A DNA stretch of 64,000 nt from an uncultured Bacteroidales bacterium. Its GTDB lineage: Bacteria > Bacteroidota > Bacteroidia > Bacteroidales > UBA4417. Shown here one piece after another: positions 51,808 to 61,358 of this stretch. The translations under genes were made by a program, and so were the position numbers. Within the stretch, counting starts at the first letter, position 1. The number at the start of each line of letters is the position of its first letter. The stretch spans positions 30,613 to 94,612 of the forward strand of contig CAIRMR010000189.1 of the NCBI GenBank assembly GCA_903879715.1. Direction: 5' to 3'. The notes beneath the pieces are model-generated. The model searched no databases. It had not been told where the DNA came from and worked only from the letters and a program-made list of their open reading frames with translations.

Positions 51808-53778
51808 TTAGCTCAGCATATTTTGTCCACCTGTCACCGGAACTGCCTGGCCGGTTTCGTATTCCTGTTCGATAATGTAGTAAACTGCCCGCATCACATC
51901 CAGTGGCGTGCAACCACGACCAGCCGGAACCTGGGCTTCATAAAAATGCTTTACATCATTTATTGTTTTAGCGCCGGGCACTTTACCGGTACGAAGATAC
52001 TGGACAAAAAGCCCGTTTTCAGGATCTGCCCACAGCGGTCCATCATAAAAGTTACCAGGGCAAACCGAATTGACCTTGATTCCGAAAGACATGAGTTCAA
52101 GGGCAAAAGATTGTGTGAGTCCAATTCCGCCGAATTTTCCACCAGCATAGGCGAAATTCCTGTTACTACCTTTTAACCCGGATTTTGAATTAATCTGGAT
52201 GATATCGGTAAAGTGACCTGGTTTGTATTTGTATTGAATTTTCATGACCGCTGAAGCATATTTGGCGCAAAGGAAATACCCGGTGTAGTTCACTTTGGTC
52301 ATCAGTTCGAAGGTTTCGGGTGTCATTTCGTCCAAACCGCCGGCACGTAATATTCCGGCATTGCTGATAAGAACATCAAGTCCACCAAATTCGCAAACGG
52401 TTTGAAAAACTAAGTTTTCAACCGAAGTGGCATTTGATACATCAGCTTTCACATAAAAAGCTTTGTTCTTGCCTTTGCCACCGTTCAGCGATTCAACAAA
52501 TTCTTTTCCTTTTTCTTCGTTCAGGTCTGCAATAACCACGTTGGCACCATTCTCCATCAGGTTTTCGACAATTCCAGCGCCAAATCCCTGGGCTCCTCCG
52601 GTAACAATTGCGATTTTCCGATCTGCACGACCGGCAGTTGCTCCCATGGCAAGCGCCAGTCTGTATTGCTCCACTTCCCAGGTATCAATAAACTGTATTT
52701 GTTCGGGAGTCATCGGACTTTGTCCTCCAAATTTCTCAGTATACAAGCTGATCAAACAAGTGTCGTTCATTACATCTTCGATGGTTGTAACTCCTAGGGC
52801 ATTGTCACTTGCCAGGATGCAGCCAATCCCTTTGATACAAATTATTTTCGGAGATTTGGGCTGATTTTTAATATATGTTTCAATTTTTATTGAGAGATCG
52901 TTTAGCAAGGTATCAGTATCACCGGTATATTCGGCAAAAACGAATGAAGAATTGCAATAAACGATACCATCAGGAATAAAAGGAGTAGCAATTTTTTGAT
53001 ACTCCTTTTCTGACGAAAAGAATTTTTCGTAATAAGAATTGTTTACAACTTTAAGTGTTTTCAACCCATTGCCTGACAACATCATACGGATAGCTGGGAT
53101 GATTTTTGCTGCAGACGGATCAACCGGCAATTTTATTTGTTGAGGTACCTTGCCGATAGCAGCATCCAGTCTGTCAATTACCTTATAATAAAGTTTGTGA
53201 ATTTCGTCAATACTATCTGCAGCGACAAAAATGCCGTGGTTCTGCAATAAGATTATCTGCGGTTCAACATTAGTCCTCTCGCGATATGCATTGATCCTGC
53301 TCTGAATTTCTTTAAATAAAATATATCCTGGATCGACATAAGGCACAAAAACAACATTGTCGCCAAACAGAATTGAGGTCCGTTTTTCAGCATCCTGGCT
53401 GCACATTAGCCCGTTAACTTTGGTGCTGTGCGTATGAACCACAAAACGGAATGCCATGAGATCGTGTAAGGATGTCTCTACCGATGGGCGCTGACCTTTT
53501 TCAGGATGTACACGCGAATTCAGTAAATCAAATTTAATCTGGTTTTCGCGTTCCATCTCATCGTTGGAATACGTTTTTTCAGAAATCAAATGAAGCATTT
53601 TTCGGTCAAGTTGAGCAAAGCCTGATTCGTCGATGGTGGCCAGGCTGGAACCGCTGGCTTTGATGTAGATATGATTTTCATCCTTAAACGAAGTATTGCC
53701 TCCGCCGGCTATAACAAAGTCTTTCTTCTGTCCGTAAAATTGCGATACTTCGATTAATTCCTGTATTTCGGGTCTCAT
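51808..53778 (-). CDS. bifunctional class II aldolase / short-chain dehydrogenase (RhaEW/YuxG-like)
   Basis: The track start is a TTG at 53799; an ATG lies at 53778. The N-terminal part has GGGNTS..VVHTHS. The C-terminal part is an SDR with VTGGAQGFGAG and YAGGK (YxxxK). Confidence 0.9.
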   Translation of the reverse strand: MRPEIQELIEVSQFYGQKKDFVIAGGGNTSFKDENHIYIKASGSSLATIDESGFAQLDRKMLHLISEKTYSNDEMERENQIKFDLLNSRVHPEKGQRPSVETSLHDLMAFRFVVHTHSTKVNGLMCSQDAEKRTSILFGDNVVFVPYVDPGYILFKEIQSRINAYRERTNVEPQIILLQNHGIFVAADSIDEIHKLYYKVIDRLDAAIGKVPQQIKLPVDPSAAKIIPAIRMMLSGNGLKTLKVVNNSYYEKFFSSEKEYQKIATPFIPDGIVYCNSSFVFAEYTGDTDTLLNDLSIKIETYIKNQPKSPKIICIKGIGCILASDNALGVTTIEDVMNDTCLISLYTEKFGGQSPMTPEQIQFIDTWEVEQYRLALAMGATAGRADRKIAIVTGGAQGFGAGIVENLMENGANVVIADLNEEKGKEFVESLNGGKGKNKAFYVKADVSNATSVENLVFQTVCEFGGLDVLISNAGILRAGGLDEMTPETFELMTKVNYTGYFLCAKYASAVMKIQYKYKPGHFTDIIQINSKSGLKGSNRNFAYAGGKFGGIGLTQSFALELMSFGIKVNSVCPGNFYDGPLWADPENGLFVQYLRTGKVPGAKTINDVKHFYEAQVPAGRGCTPLDVMRAVYYIIEQEYETGQAVPVTGGQNMLS

Positions 53779-53872
53779 AATTTGTTGATTGATGTTCAAG
53801 GTTCAAGAATTCACAAGGACTATTTCCCAATTTTCTATTTTCTTTTTTTTAAAATTCAAGGGGTCAAAGGCA

Positions 53873-55132
53873 TTAGCCATAGAATTCTATACCTATTTGC
53901 CCAACGAAATGCGAAATTACTGCATGGCCAAGTTCAACAAATGAATCGTATTGGGATGATTTTGCACTACCTGTGCTATTAAGATAACCTTCGTTACCAT
54001 TGGCAACCAGGTATTGATGGGCTGCCAGGATGCAGGCTCCTTCGAACCCGATTTGTTCCAGATCAGTGTCCAATTCAACTCCTGCACTACATGAAACTTT
54101 AATCGGATCGAGCTGGGGTGTATTGTGTTCGGTTCCAAATGTGATCAGGAAATTCTTTGACCGAAAGTAAGTTACAAAATCTTTCAGAACAGGGAAAGTA
54201 TTCCGTCCCGGAATCAGTTCAACACTGTAAATTCCTTTACTCACAAGCTCCTCATACAAAGCTACTTTATTTTTTTCATAATCTGTAAAATTCCCTTTTG
54301 CATCGTCAAGTAGAACAGGGTAACACGGAATGCCCCCGCCACTGAGAATAACTTCTTTGACCTGTTCGAGGCTTAAAAAAGCTTTAGGATCTTCAGGCAC
54401 AAATGCCCGCCCACCGGTTTTTAACAGATTTCCACGAATTTCATTTTCTAGCCCGGTTACATTGTTTAATTCCGATTTCACTTCTTTACCGGAGAATAGC
54501 TGCTTATAAAAAGACTTCTTCTCTTCTTTTGAATCAAATTTTTCATCAATAGCCACCCGCAAAGCTTTGGAAATATGCCTTTCGCGAAGCATATTCTTTG
54601 CGTACCTCGCTTTCAACTCGTCAAATGTAAAACTGAATCCTGCGTTCAGTTCCTTCAGAAAAGAATTCAGTTTATCTACCATTTCGGCAGTCTGAATATT
54701 GCTTTCCGTTTGTACCTGTTGAAGTAAAGAAAGTGCATCTTCGCCAATTACCAGCGGCTGAGTCAATCCTTTCCCGCTCATGTAAGTACGACCGGGATTG
54801 GCCGGATCGTTCACACGAATACCTCTAGCCTGCAAATCTTTTTGCAACGACATAAATTCGATGTTGAACAAGGGGAAAATATTGTATTTCTGTGCCAAAG
54901 CAACAAACTCGGCATACCCATCGGTAGTATAAAAGTCATTGATACCAAGTACCTGGATTCCTTCTGCTTTAGCCATCCGGAACGCCTGTTCAATTTCGGT
55001 AAAGGCGCTGAACGAGAAAGGTGTATGAAAATGGCCGTTTACTAAAAGAACTTTTTGCTCACCTGCAGTTTTAATGTCATCAAGCAATGTCTGCCTGTCA
55101 GGAAAGCTTTTAAATATGGATTGATTGTTCAT
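53873..55132 (-). CDS. PHP/amidohydrolase-like HxH metal-fold protein of unknown function
   Basis: The track start is a TTG at 55153; an ATG (MNNQS) lies at 55132. LLVNGHFHTPFSFSAF resembles PHP motif I, followed by LGINDFY, FNIEF, FGTEHNTP and AAHQY. It does not resemble RhaA, or P. stutzeri-type RhaI as I recall that sequence. Confidence 0.45.
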   Translation of the reverse strand: MNNQSIFKSFPDRQTLLDDIKTAGEQKVLLVNGHFHTPFSFSAFTEIEQAFRMAKAEGIQVLGINDFYTTDGYAEFVALAQKYNIFPLFNIEFMSLQKDLQARGIRVNDPANPGRTYMSGKGLTQPLVIGEDALSLLQQVQTESNIQTAEMVDKLNSFLKELNAGFSFTFDELKARYAKNMLRERHISKALRVAIDEKFDSKEEKKSFYKQLFSGKEVKSELNNVTGLENEIRGNLLKTGGRAFVPEDPKAFLSLEQVKEVILSGGGIPCYPVLLDDAKGNFTDYEKNKVALYEELVSKGIYSVELIPGRNTFPVLKDFVTYFRSKNFLITFGTEHNTPQLDPIKVSCSAGVELDTDLEQIGFEGACILAAHQYLVANGNEGYLNSTGSAKSSQYDSFVELGHAVISHFVGQIGIEFYG

Positions 55133-55232
55133 TAAATTTTGCTGTTTGGTCAATTTTGAGAATTTGGATCAAAATAATGTATTGCCTTGTTTTTATATCC
55201 ATTACGGACTTGTAACTAGTTTTCTCAGATTC

Positions 55233-56603
55233 TTACTTGACTAGGGCAAAAGGCATAATCTTCTTCAGTCCCAGATCCAGCTTGGTTTCAATTCCTGTGA
55301 ATGCTTTATTCCACAAAATCATAGCGGCTCCTAAGGCCGTAGCATTGTCAATTTCAGAAGTAAACACCGACTTCCAGGGCAGCAAAGCAGCCAGCAACCG
55401 GACAAAGATTTCATTCCGTGCAAAACCGCCTGTGACATAAATCGACCGGGTTGAATCGTTTTTAGGTACAACAAGTTGCAGCGAATCAAGTCCAAGGTAA
55501 GTCAAATCAATAATAAGCTGGTGATATGCTTCTTCGTAAGAAGTAAAAGCGGAAAGATCTACAGTTGAATCGATCGAATCAGCAGGCACACCGTTCCTGA
55601 AAAAGACCCGATTATTAAGAAGTTTTTGTACTAAAATTTCGTCAGCTTTCACACTTTTATAAAAATCAGCTTTAACACCAAAATGACTGGCGATCCGTTC
55701 TGTATTAACATCGTGCATGTGACCCATGAAAAGGCGGGCAGACTTTACCTGTTTTTGCCTTGTGCTCATATAGCAAAGGCCATCTTTACTAAGTTGCTCA
55801 GCGGTTAATGGCTCATCGTTAAACGGGTTCATAAAAATACACCAAGTTCCTGTAGATATAAGAATGAAAGTATCTGCACTGCTTAATAAATATGGAGCCA
55901 GTGATGACGAGCTATCATGGATACCGATTCCAACCTGTACTTTTTGGCCATCGATACAAACTTCGGCTGACTCATCATTGGAAACGGGAGCGGGCAATTG
56001 TATTTGCTCATCTTCCAGCCATTGATGGTAGCTATGTTTATCGAAATCCCACAAAGATGTATGGCAACCGATAGAAGTTAATTCGGAACTGATTTTTTTT
56101 GAAAAAATATAACTCAGGTACTGGGGGAAATGTAAAATATGCTTAACCTTTTTAAATAATTCCGGCTTTTGCTTCTTTAGCCAAAGGATCTGCAAGCCTG
56201 AATTCAGCATTCCTGACGCGGGCGATGCGGTTTTACGCGAAAACTCTTCCACTCCTCGATACTTTTCATAAAATCCAGCCAATACATGATCCGGCATAGG
56301 TTTCAAGTAATTGTAGATGGGTGTTACTCGTTGCCCGGCGGAATCGAGGTAAGCCATTGATGCACCGTAAGTGGCAAAATTTATAGCTTTGATGTTATAA
56401 TCTGATGATGCCTGAAATGTAGTGATAGATTTTACCATCCAGGTTTCAATTTTTGCAATATCATCGCACGAAAACCCTTCATCATCGGTTACTTCTGCAA
56501 ATTTTTCCTCAGTCTGGAAGACAAGTTTTAGCCCTCTATCGAAAAGAAGAATCTTTTTATGGGTTTTACCTATGTCGAAAATGGCAATAACATCTTTCTT
56601 CAT
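55233..56603 (-). CDS. FGGY-family carbohydrate kinase (rhamnulo-/fuculokinase-like)
   Basis: The track start is a TTG at 56654; an ATG (MKKDVIAIFDIGKTHKK) lies at 56603. The protein has an N-terminal FGGY phosphate-1 motif and a C-terminal VTGGFARNEIFVRLLA. Confidence 0.8.
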   Translation of the reverse strand: MKKDVIAIFDIGKTHKKILLFDRGLKLVFQTEEKFAEVTDDEGFSCDDIAKIETWMVKSITTFQASSDYNIKAINFATYGASMAYLDSAGQRVTPIYNYLKPMPDHVLAGFYEKYRGVEEFSRKTASPASGMLNSGLQILWLKKQKPELFKKVKHILHFPQYLSYIFSKKISSELTSIGCHTSLWDFDKHSYHQWLEDEQIQLPAPVSNDESAEVCIDGQKVQVGIGIHDSSSSLAPYLLSSADTFILISTGTWCIFMNPFNDEPLTAEQLSKDGLCYMSTRQKQVKSARLFMGHMHDVNTERIASHFGVKADFYKSVKADEILVQKLLNNRVFFRNGVPADSIDSTVDLSAFTSYEEAYHQLIIDLTYLGLDSLQLVVPKNDSTRSIYVTGGFARNEIFVRLLAALLPWKSVFTSEIDNATALGAAMILWNKAFTGIETKLDLGLKKIMPFALVK

Positions 56604-56720
56604 TTTTTCTTGGCTTATAAAATATGGTGGCTTGTGAATTTTTACGGGAGACAAAAAGGCAACTTATCTGATAACAAAAGTAGTTTTGACATGTACATGC
56701 ATCAATAGGTAAAATGTTTA

Positions 56721-56728
56721 TATATTTG
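56721..56728 (+). promoter_or_regulatory. candidate -7 box TATATTTG for the AraC gene at 56749
   Basis: Exact TAnnTTTG match 21 nt upstream of the (GTG) start. A second match, TAGTTTTG, lies at 56681-56688. Confidence 0.4.
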
Positions 56729-56748
56729 CACAAAATGACACAAAACAG

Positions 56749-57618
56749 GTGATAAACAAATTTAAATATATTACTGCATCAGAGGAAGATAAAGAATGGG
56801 GGCTACATCTAAATGTTGTAGGAATAGCCGGCATTGAAAAAAGTTCCGACTACCCGCCTGCCGGCCACCCGTCAGGATATACATTCGACTGGAGGGCAGG
56901 CAGGACACTTCATGAATATCAGATAAATTACATCACCGAAGGATTTGGAATATTTGAAAACAAACATGGCTCATTCCGGATAACACCCGGAACTATAATT
57001 ATTCTTTTCCCTGGCGAATGGCATAGGTACCGACCCTTAAAAAAAACAGGATGGAAAGAACATTTCATTGGTTTTGATGGGTCGTTGGCTTCTACACTTC
57101 TAAAGGCTGATTTTTTCAGGAAAGAAAGTCCGATAATTAAAATTAATTTTCGGAAGGAACTACATGATCTGTTTTTAATGATCTTTGAAAATGCCTTTTC
57201 TGAAAAAGCAGGCTACCAGCAAATTTGTACAGGATTAATCATAACATACATCGGACAAATTATTTCAATAATTAAGAACAAGGAATTCGAGGGCAAGGAT
57301 ATTGAAAAGCGAATTCAACAGGCATGTCTGATTCTACGCGACAACCTGGAATCGAATATTGATGCAAGGGAGCTGGCTGGAGGATTAAATACAGGGTATT
57401 CCTATTTCAGGAATATGTTCAAAAAATATACCGGGATGTCGCCTGTGCAATATCATTTGCAACTCAGGATTAAAAAAGCCGAAGATTTGCTGCTTATGAC
57501 AAAGAAGCCTGTTAAAGAGATTGCATATGAACTGGGATTTCAATCCATATATTATTTTTCGCGTTTATTTAAAAATAAAACAGGAAAAAATCCGAGTGAT
57601 TTCAGGATGTTGCTGTAG
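56749..57618 (+). CDS. AraC-family regulator with cupin-type sugar-binding N-domain
   Basis: GTG start. N-terminal cupin (FGIFENKHGSFRITPGTIIILFPGEWHRY) and C-terminal HTH (IAYELGFQSIYYFSRLFKNKTGKNPSDFR). It is divergent from the kinase operon. Confidence 0.85.
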   Translation: MINKFKYITASEEDKEWGLHLNVVGIAGIEKSSDYPPAGHPSGYTFDWRAGRTLHEYQINYITEGFGIFENKHGSFRITPGTIIILFPGEWHRYRPLKKTGWKEHFIGFDGSLASTLLKADFFRKESPIIKINFRKELHDLFLMIFENAFSEKAGYQQICTGLIITYIGQIISIIKNKEFEGKDIEKRIQQACLILRDNLESNIDARELAGGLNTGYSYFRNMFKKYTGMSPVQYHLQLRIKKAEDLLLMTKKPVKEIAYELGFQSIYYFSRLFKNKTGKNPSDFRMLL

Positions 57619-57631
57619 GACCAACAGTTGC

Positions 57632-58669
57632 CTACTCAAAATCAATTATAGCCTTCATCACGCCATCCCGGTAATCAGCTACCAGTTCAAAGGCTTTTTG
57701 TGTTTCATCAAAACTAAACCGGTGAGTTAGCATCAAACTAACATCAACTGTTCTGTTCAACATCATTCCCAAAGCAGATTCCACACAGCCGACTTGTCGC
57801 CTGACATTGGTTATGGTTATTTCTTTCCTCCTCAAAGAGTCAACATCGAATGACCATCTGCTGAATTCAGGGATTCCAATAATCATCAGTTTCCCACCTG
57901 GTTTGAGAATTTCAATGGCCTGGTCAATTGCTTCCTGCTTACCGCAACATTCAAAGACCGCATCAAGAAGAAGAGGCTCTTTTTCTTTAATGAAACCAAC
58001 AATATCGTCATTTTCAGGATTCCCAATCCAGCTTGCGCCGCATTTTCCCGCAATTTCAAGACGTTTATTGATTTTATCGGTTACATATACTTTTGCGGCT
58101 CCCTGTGCCAGCGACGGTAGGAGAACGCTCATGCCGATGGGACCAAATCCAAGGATTCCAATTTTTGCGTCTTTCATCGGAATGCTTTGCTTCACGGCAT
58201 AAACTCCTATTGCTAACGGTTCCGAAATGGCAGCCTGGTCATAACTAAGTTTATCTGAAATCGGGACGCAGCTGGATTCAGGCATTACAATGTACTCACT
58301 TATGCAGCCTTCGGCTTGCCCCGGGCAACCCAGGAATTTTAATTTCCGGCAGGTATGTTCCCGACCTGTGAGGCACTGATCACATTCGCCGCAAGGCATA
58401 GCAGGTTCTATTGCAATACGTTGACCAACTTTAACGCGTATTACGGATTTCCCAACTCCAACAACCTGCCCCGCTCCTTCATGACCAAGCGCGAAAGGAA
58501 ACTGAACCACCTGGCTCCCGATTTTTCCCTCTTTATAATAATGAACATCGGAACCGCAAACACCTACAGTTTTCATTTTTATCAGAACATCCGTGTCGTT
58601 TATGATCGCCGGGTCCGGGACTTCAACTATACTGATCTGCTGTATAGCAGTGAGCTGCATTGCTTTCAT
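57632..58669 (-). CDS. Zn-dependent polyol/secondary-alcohol dehydrogenase (sorbitol/butanediol-DH-like MDR)
   Basis: GVCGSDVHY, GHEGAG, a structural-Zn loop CGECDQCLTGREHTC, and a GFGPIG Rossmann motif. Confidence 0.85.
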   Translation of the reverse strand: MKAMQLTAIQQISIVEVPDPAIINDTDVLIKMKTVGVCGSDVHYYKEGKIGSQVVQFPFALGHEGAGQVVGVGKSVIRVKVGQRIAIEPAMPCGECDQCLTGREHTCRKLKFLGCPGQAEGCISEYIVMPESSCVPISDKLSYDQAAISEPLAIGVYAVKQSIPMKDAKIGILGFGPIGMSVLLPSLAQGAAKVYVTDKINKRLEIAGKCGASWIGNPENDDIVGFIKEKEPLLLDAVFECCGKQEAIDQAIEILKPGGKLMIIGIPEFSRWSFDVDSLRRKEITITNVRRQVGCVESALGMMLNRTVDVSLMLTHRFSFDETQKAFELVADYRDGVMKAIIDFE

Positions 58670-58807
58670 ATCAGAAACATTTTTTAAATTACTTATCGAT
58701 AATGACAGTTATCTTGTAGAAAATCTATTCCTGAATGTGACTTATGGATTAAATGTCAACCAAATAAGACTCAAGGGTTTCCCCTGATTTTTATTGTAAA
58801 GAAACAA

Positions 58808-61276
58808 TTATACACCTTTTTTATTCCTTTGTTTAATGCTCTCATCTCCAAAGTCGGTACCTGAAATATGGCCTTTTAATGGTACGATTTTCTGGTCGAT
58901 GGCATCGATTATCCATTCCGCCTGAGGGAAATAATAGTTTTCCAACTCGTAAGCAGGAACAATCCAGTTGCGTGAACCCACAACAATAGGAGCTGCATCC
59001 AGGTCATCGAAAGCAAGTTCGGAAATGGTGTGCGCCATTTCTTTCAGGAATGATCCACGGGAATTTGCATCGCTGGTTAAAACGATACGACCGGTTTTCT
59101 GCACAGATTCTATCACCAGGTCGTAGTTAAAAGGAACCAGGCTCCTTACATCAATAACTTCGGCCGACATACCATATTTCTCTTTCAGGATATCAGCGGC
59201 TTCGAGCGCACGATAAAGGGTAGCACCGATGGAAAGAATTGTAATGTCATCACCTTTGCGCTTGATATCAGGTTCTCCGAAAGGAATTTCATAGTAACCT
59301 TCGGGCACTCCGCCTTCATGAAATAATTCAGCCACGTCATAAATCCGCTGGCTTTCGAAAAATATAACCGGGTCGGTTCCCTGCAAAGCTGTATTCATAA
59401 GACCTTTGGCATCGTAAGGTGTTGCCGGGAAAGCAATTTTTAATCCTGGAATATGAGCAACCAGTGATGTCCAGTCCTGCGAATGCTGCGCACCGTATTT
59501 CGATCCTACCGAAACCCTGATTACCACAGGCATTTTGATAATATTCCCGCTCATTGCCTGCCATTTTGGAAGCTGGTTAAAGACTTCATCGCCGCAACGT
59601 CCCAGGAAATCGCAGTACATAATTTCGGCAATTACTCTTCCTCCGGCCATTCCGTAACCAATTGCGGTTCCAACAATTGCGCCTTCAGCGATAGGCGAAT
59701 TAAATAGCCTGTGGTATGGCAAAGCTTCGGTTAATCCGCGATAAACTGCAAATGCTCCGCCCCAGTCACGGTTTTCCTCGCCATAGGCTACTAGTGTGGG
59801 ATCTTTGTAAAACCTGTCGATAATGGCTTCGAAAAGAGCATCTTTCAACTGGTAGGTTTTTAATTTCGAATGAGGTTTTCCTTCTTTGTCAAGCCCGAAT
59901 CTCTCTTTTTTCTTTAATTGCTGTACCCTTGGATTTTCTTCCATTGTCATAAGAGTGTCAGGGGTACGGTCTTCCATTTTATCGACAGAACTATCAGAGA
60001 ATATCATATTTCCGATTGTTTCAGGATAAGCTAGGAGGTCCATACGTGGAGAAACGCTATCGTCGATTGCCTTTTTCAACGCTTTTACGATGCTTTCCAC
60101 AACCACTAATTTTATGGCTTCTATTTCCTCTTTAGTCGCAATGCCCGAACGGATCAAATCTGCCGGGTAAGCAAGCAGGGAATCCTGTTTTTCCCATGCG
60201 TCTATTTCTTCCCTGCTGCGGTACGATGATGCATCGGAAGGGGAGTGGCCTGTAAAACGATACGTGAGTGTATCGAGTAAAATCGGACCTTTTTTCTCTT
60301 CAATAATTTTCTTTTTGCGGCGGAACGCGTCAATAACAGCCAGTGGATTGTATCCGTCAACCCGTTCGGCATGCATCATTTCAGGATTTACACCGGCACC
60401 AACGCGGGCAAGCATATCATAACCCATAGTTTCACCACGGGTTTGGCCACCCATGCCATACTGGTTGTTCATAAAGTTGAAAATAATCGGCAATCCGCCT
60501 CTGTATGGTTCTTCCCATAAGGTGCGGAACTGATCCATAGTCGCGAAGCTGATACCTTCCCAAACGGGACCGCAAGCCATAGATGCATCGCCAATATTCG
60601 CTACGATAATCCCCGGCTTGGCATTCACTTTTTTGAATAATGCCGCGCCAACCGAAATATCGCCTGAACCGCCTACTATTGCATTATTCGGATATACTCC
60701 GAAAGGTGTAAAAAACGCGTGCATCGAGCCACCTAAGCCTTTGTTGAATCCAGTTTTCCTCGCAAAAATCTCTGCCAGGGTTCCGTATAAAAGGAAGTCG
60801 GTTGCAAGCTCTTTTGTGTCGCCTTTAAATCCTTTTTCGACTACCCGCAAGGTTTCGCCATCGAAATGAACCTCCATGATATCCATCAATGCTTTTTCAC
60901 CAAGTTGATGAATCGCGGATAAGCCTTTTGCGAGTATCTCGCCATGCGAGCGGTGCGATCCAAAAATATAATCATCCACGCTGAGCGTATATGCCATTCC
61001 TACTGCAGCTGCTTCCTGTCCCATCGAAAGGTGAGCAGGACCAGGATGGTTATATGGAATCCCCTGGTATTCACCTGCTGTTTTAATCAGGTTCAGCATG
61101 GTTTCGAACTCCCGGATCAAAAACATATCGCGGAATATCCTGAGAAAATCTTCTTTTGAATAGATTTTCTTTTCCTCTTTTAATGTCTTGCTGTATTGGT
61201 TTACCGGAATTGAACCAAAGTGAATTTCACCTTTTTTCCTGGCATCTGTCGGATCTATAAATTGTGATTTAGGCAT
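58808..61276 (-). CDS. fused E1 alpha-beta component of a 2-oxoacid/acetoin-type dehydrogenase complex (TPP-dependent)
   Basis: 822 aa. The alpha part has [27 protein letters not shown] and IGDAS..NN, which is the pyruvate/acetoin-type signature. A ~100-aa linker follows. The beta part has [27 protein letters not shown]. Confidence 0.9.
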   Translation of the reverse strand: MPKSQFIDPTDARKKGEIHFGSIPVNQYSKTLKEEKKIYSKEDFLRIFRDMFLIREFETMLNLIKTAGEYQGIPYNHPGPAHLSMGQEAAAVGMAYTLSVDDYIFGSHRSHGEILAKGLSAIHQLGEKALMDIMEVHFDGETLRVVEKGFKGDTKELATDFLLYGTLAEIFARKTGFNKGLGGSMHAFFTPFGVYPNNAIVGGSGDISVGAALFKKVNAKPGIIVANIGDASMACGPVWEGISFATMDQFRTLWEEPYRGGLPIIFNFMNNQYGMGGQTRGETMGYDMLARVGAGVNPEMMHAERVDGYNPLAVIDAFRRKKKIIEEKKGPILLDTLTYRFTGHSPSDASSYRSREEIDAWEKQDSLLAYPADLIRSGIATKEEIEAIKLVVVESIVKALKKAIDDSVSPRMDLLAYPETIGNMIFSDSSVDKMEDRTPDTLMTMEENPRVQQLKKKERFGLDKEGKPHSKLKTYQLKDALFEAIIDRFYKDPTLVAYGEENRDWGGAFAVYRGLTEALPYHRLFNSPIAEGAIVGTAIGYGMAGGRVIAEIMYCDFLGRCGDEVFNQLPKWQAMSGNIIKMPVVIRVSVGSKYGAQHSQDWTSLVAHIPGLKIAFPATPYDAKGLMNTALQGTDPVIFFESQRIYDVAELFHEGGVPEGYYEIPFGEPDIKRKGDDITILSIGATLYRALEAADILKEKYGMSAEVIDVRSLVPFNYDLVIESVQKTGRIVLTSDANSRGSFLKEMAHTISELAFDDLDAAPIVVGSRNWIVPAYELENYYFPQAEWIIDAIDQKIVPLKGHISGTDFGDESIKQRNKKGV

Positions 61277-61358
61277 GATATGACGTTTTTAAGTAATGTT
61301 TTTAATGGGATAGAAACTATCCTCTGATAGCTTCCATCTTCGCTTTATTTTATATTTT

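Noticed and set aside
48989-53778. Sulfoquinovose degradation through the transaldolase (sulfo-TAL) route, as an explanation for the Tal/FSA cluster.
   Set aside because: The window contains no GH31 sulfoquinovosidase, no recognisable SQ isomerase or mutarotase, no sulfolactaldehyde dehydrogenase or reductase signature that I can identify, and no sulfonate exporter. The analogy is kept only as a mechanistic precedent.
56690-56699. 10-bp palindrome CATGTACATG in the kinase/AraC divergent spacer.
   Set aside because: It is short, occurs once, and AraC-type regulators usually bind direct repeats rather than short palindromes. It is noted but not called.
61312-61326. Small hairpin GGATAGaaaCTATCC between the E2 and E1 genes.
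   Set aside because: The stem is only 6 bp with no U-run, and the two genes are almost certainly co-transcribed. This is not enough for a terminator or attenuator call.
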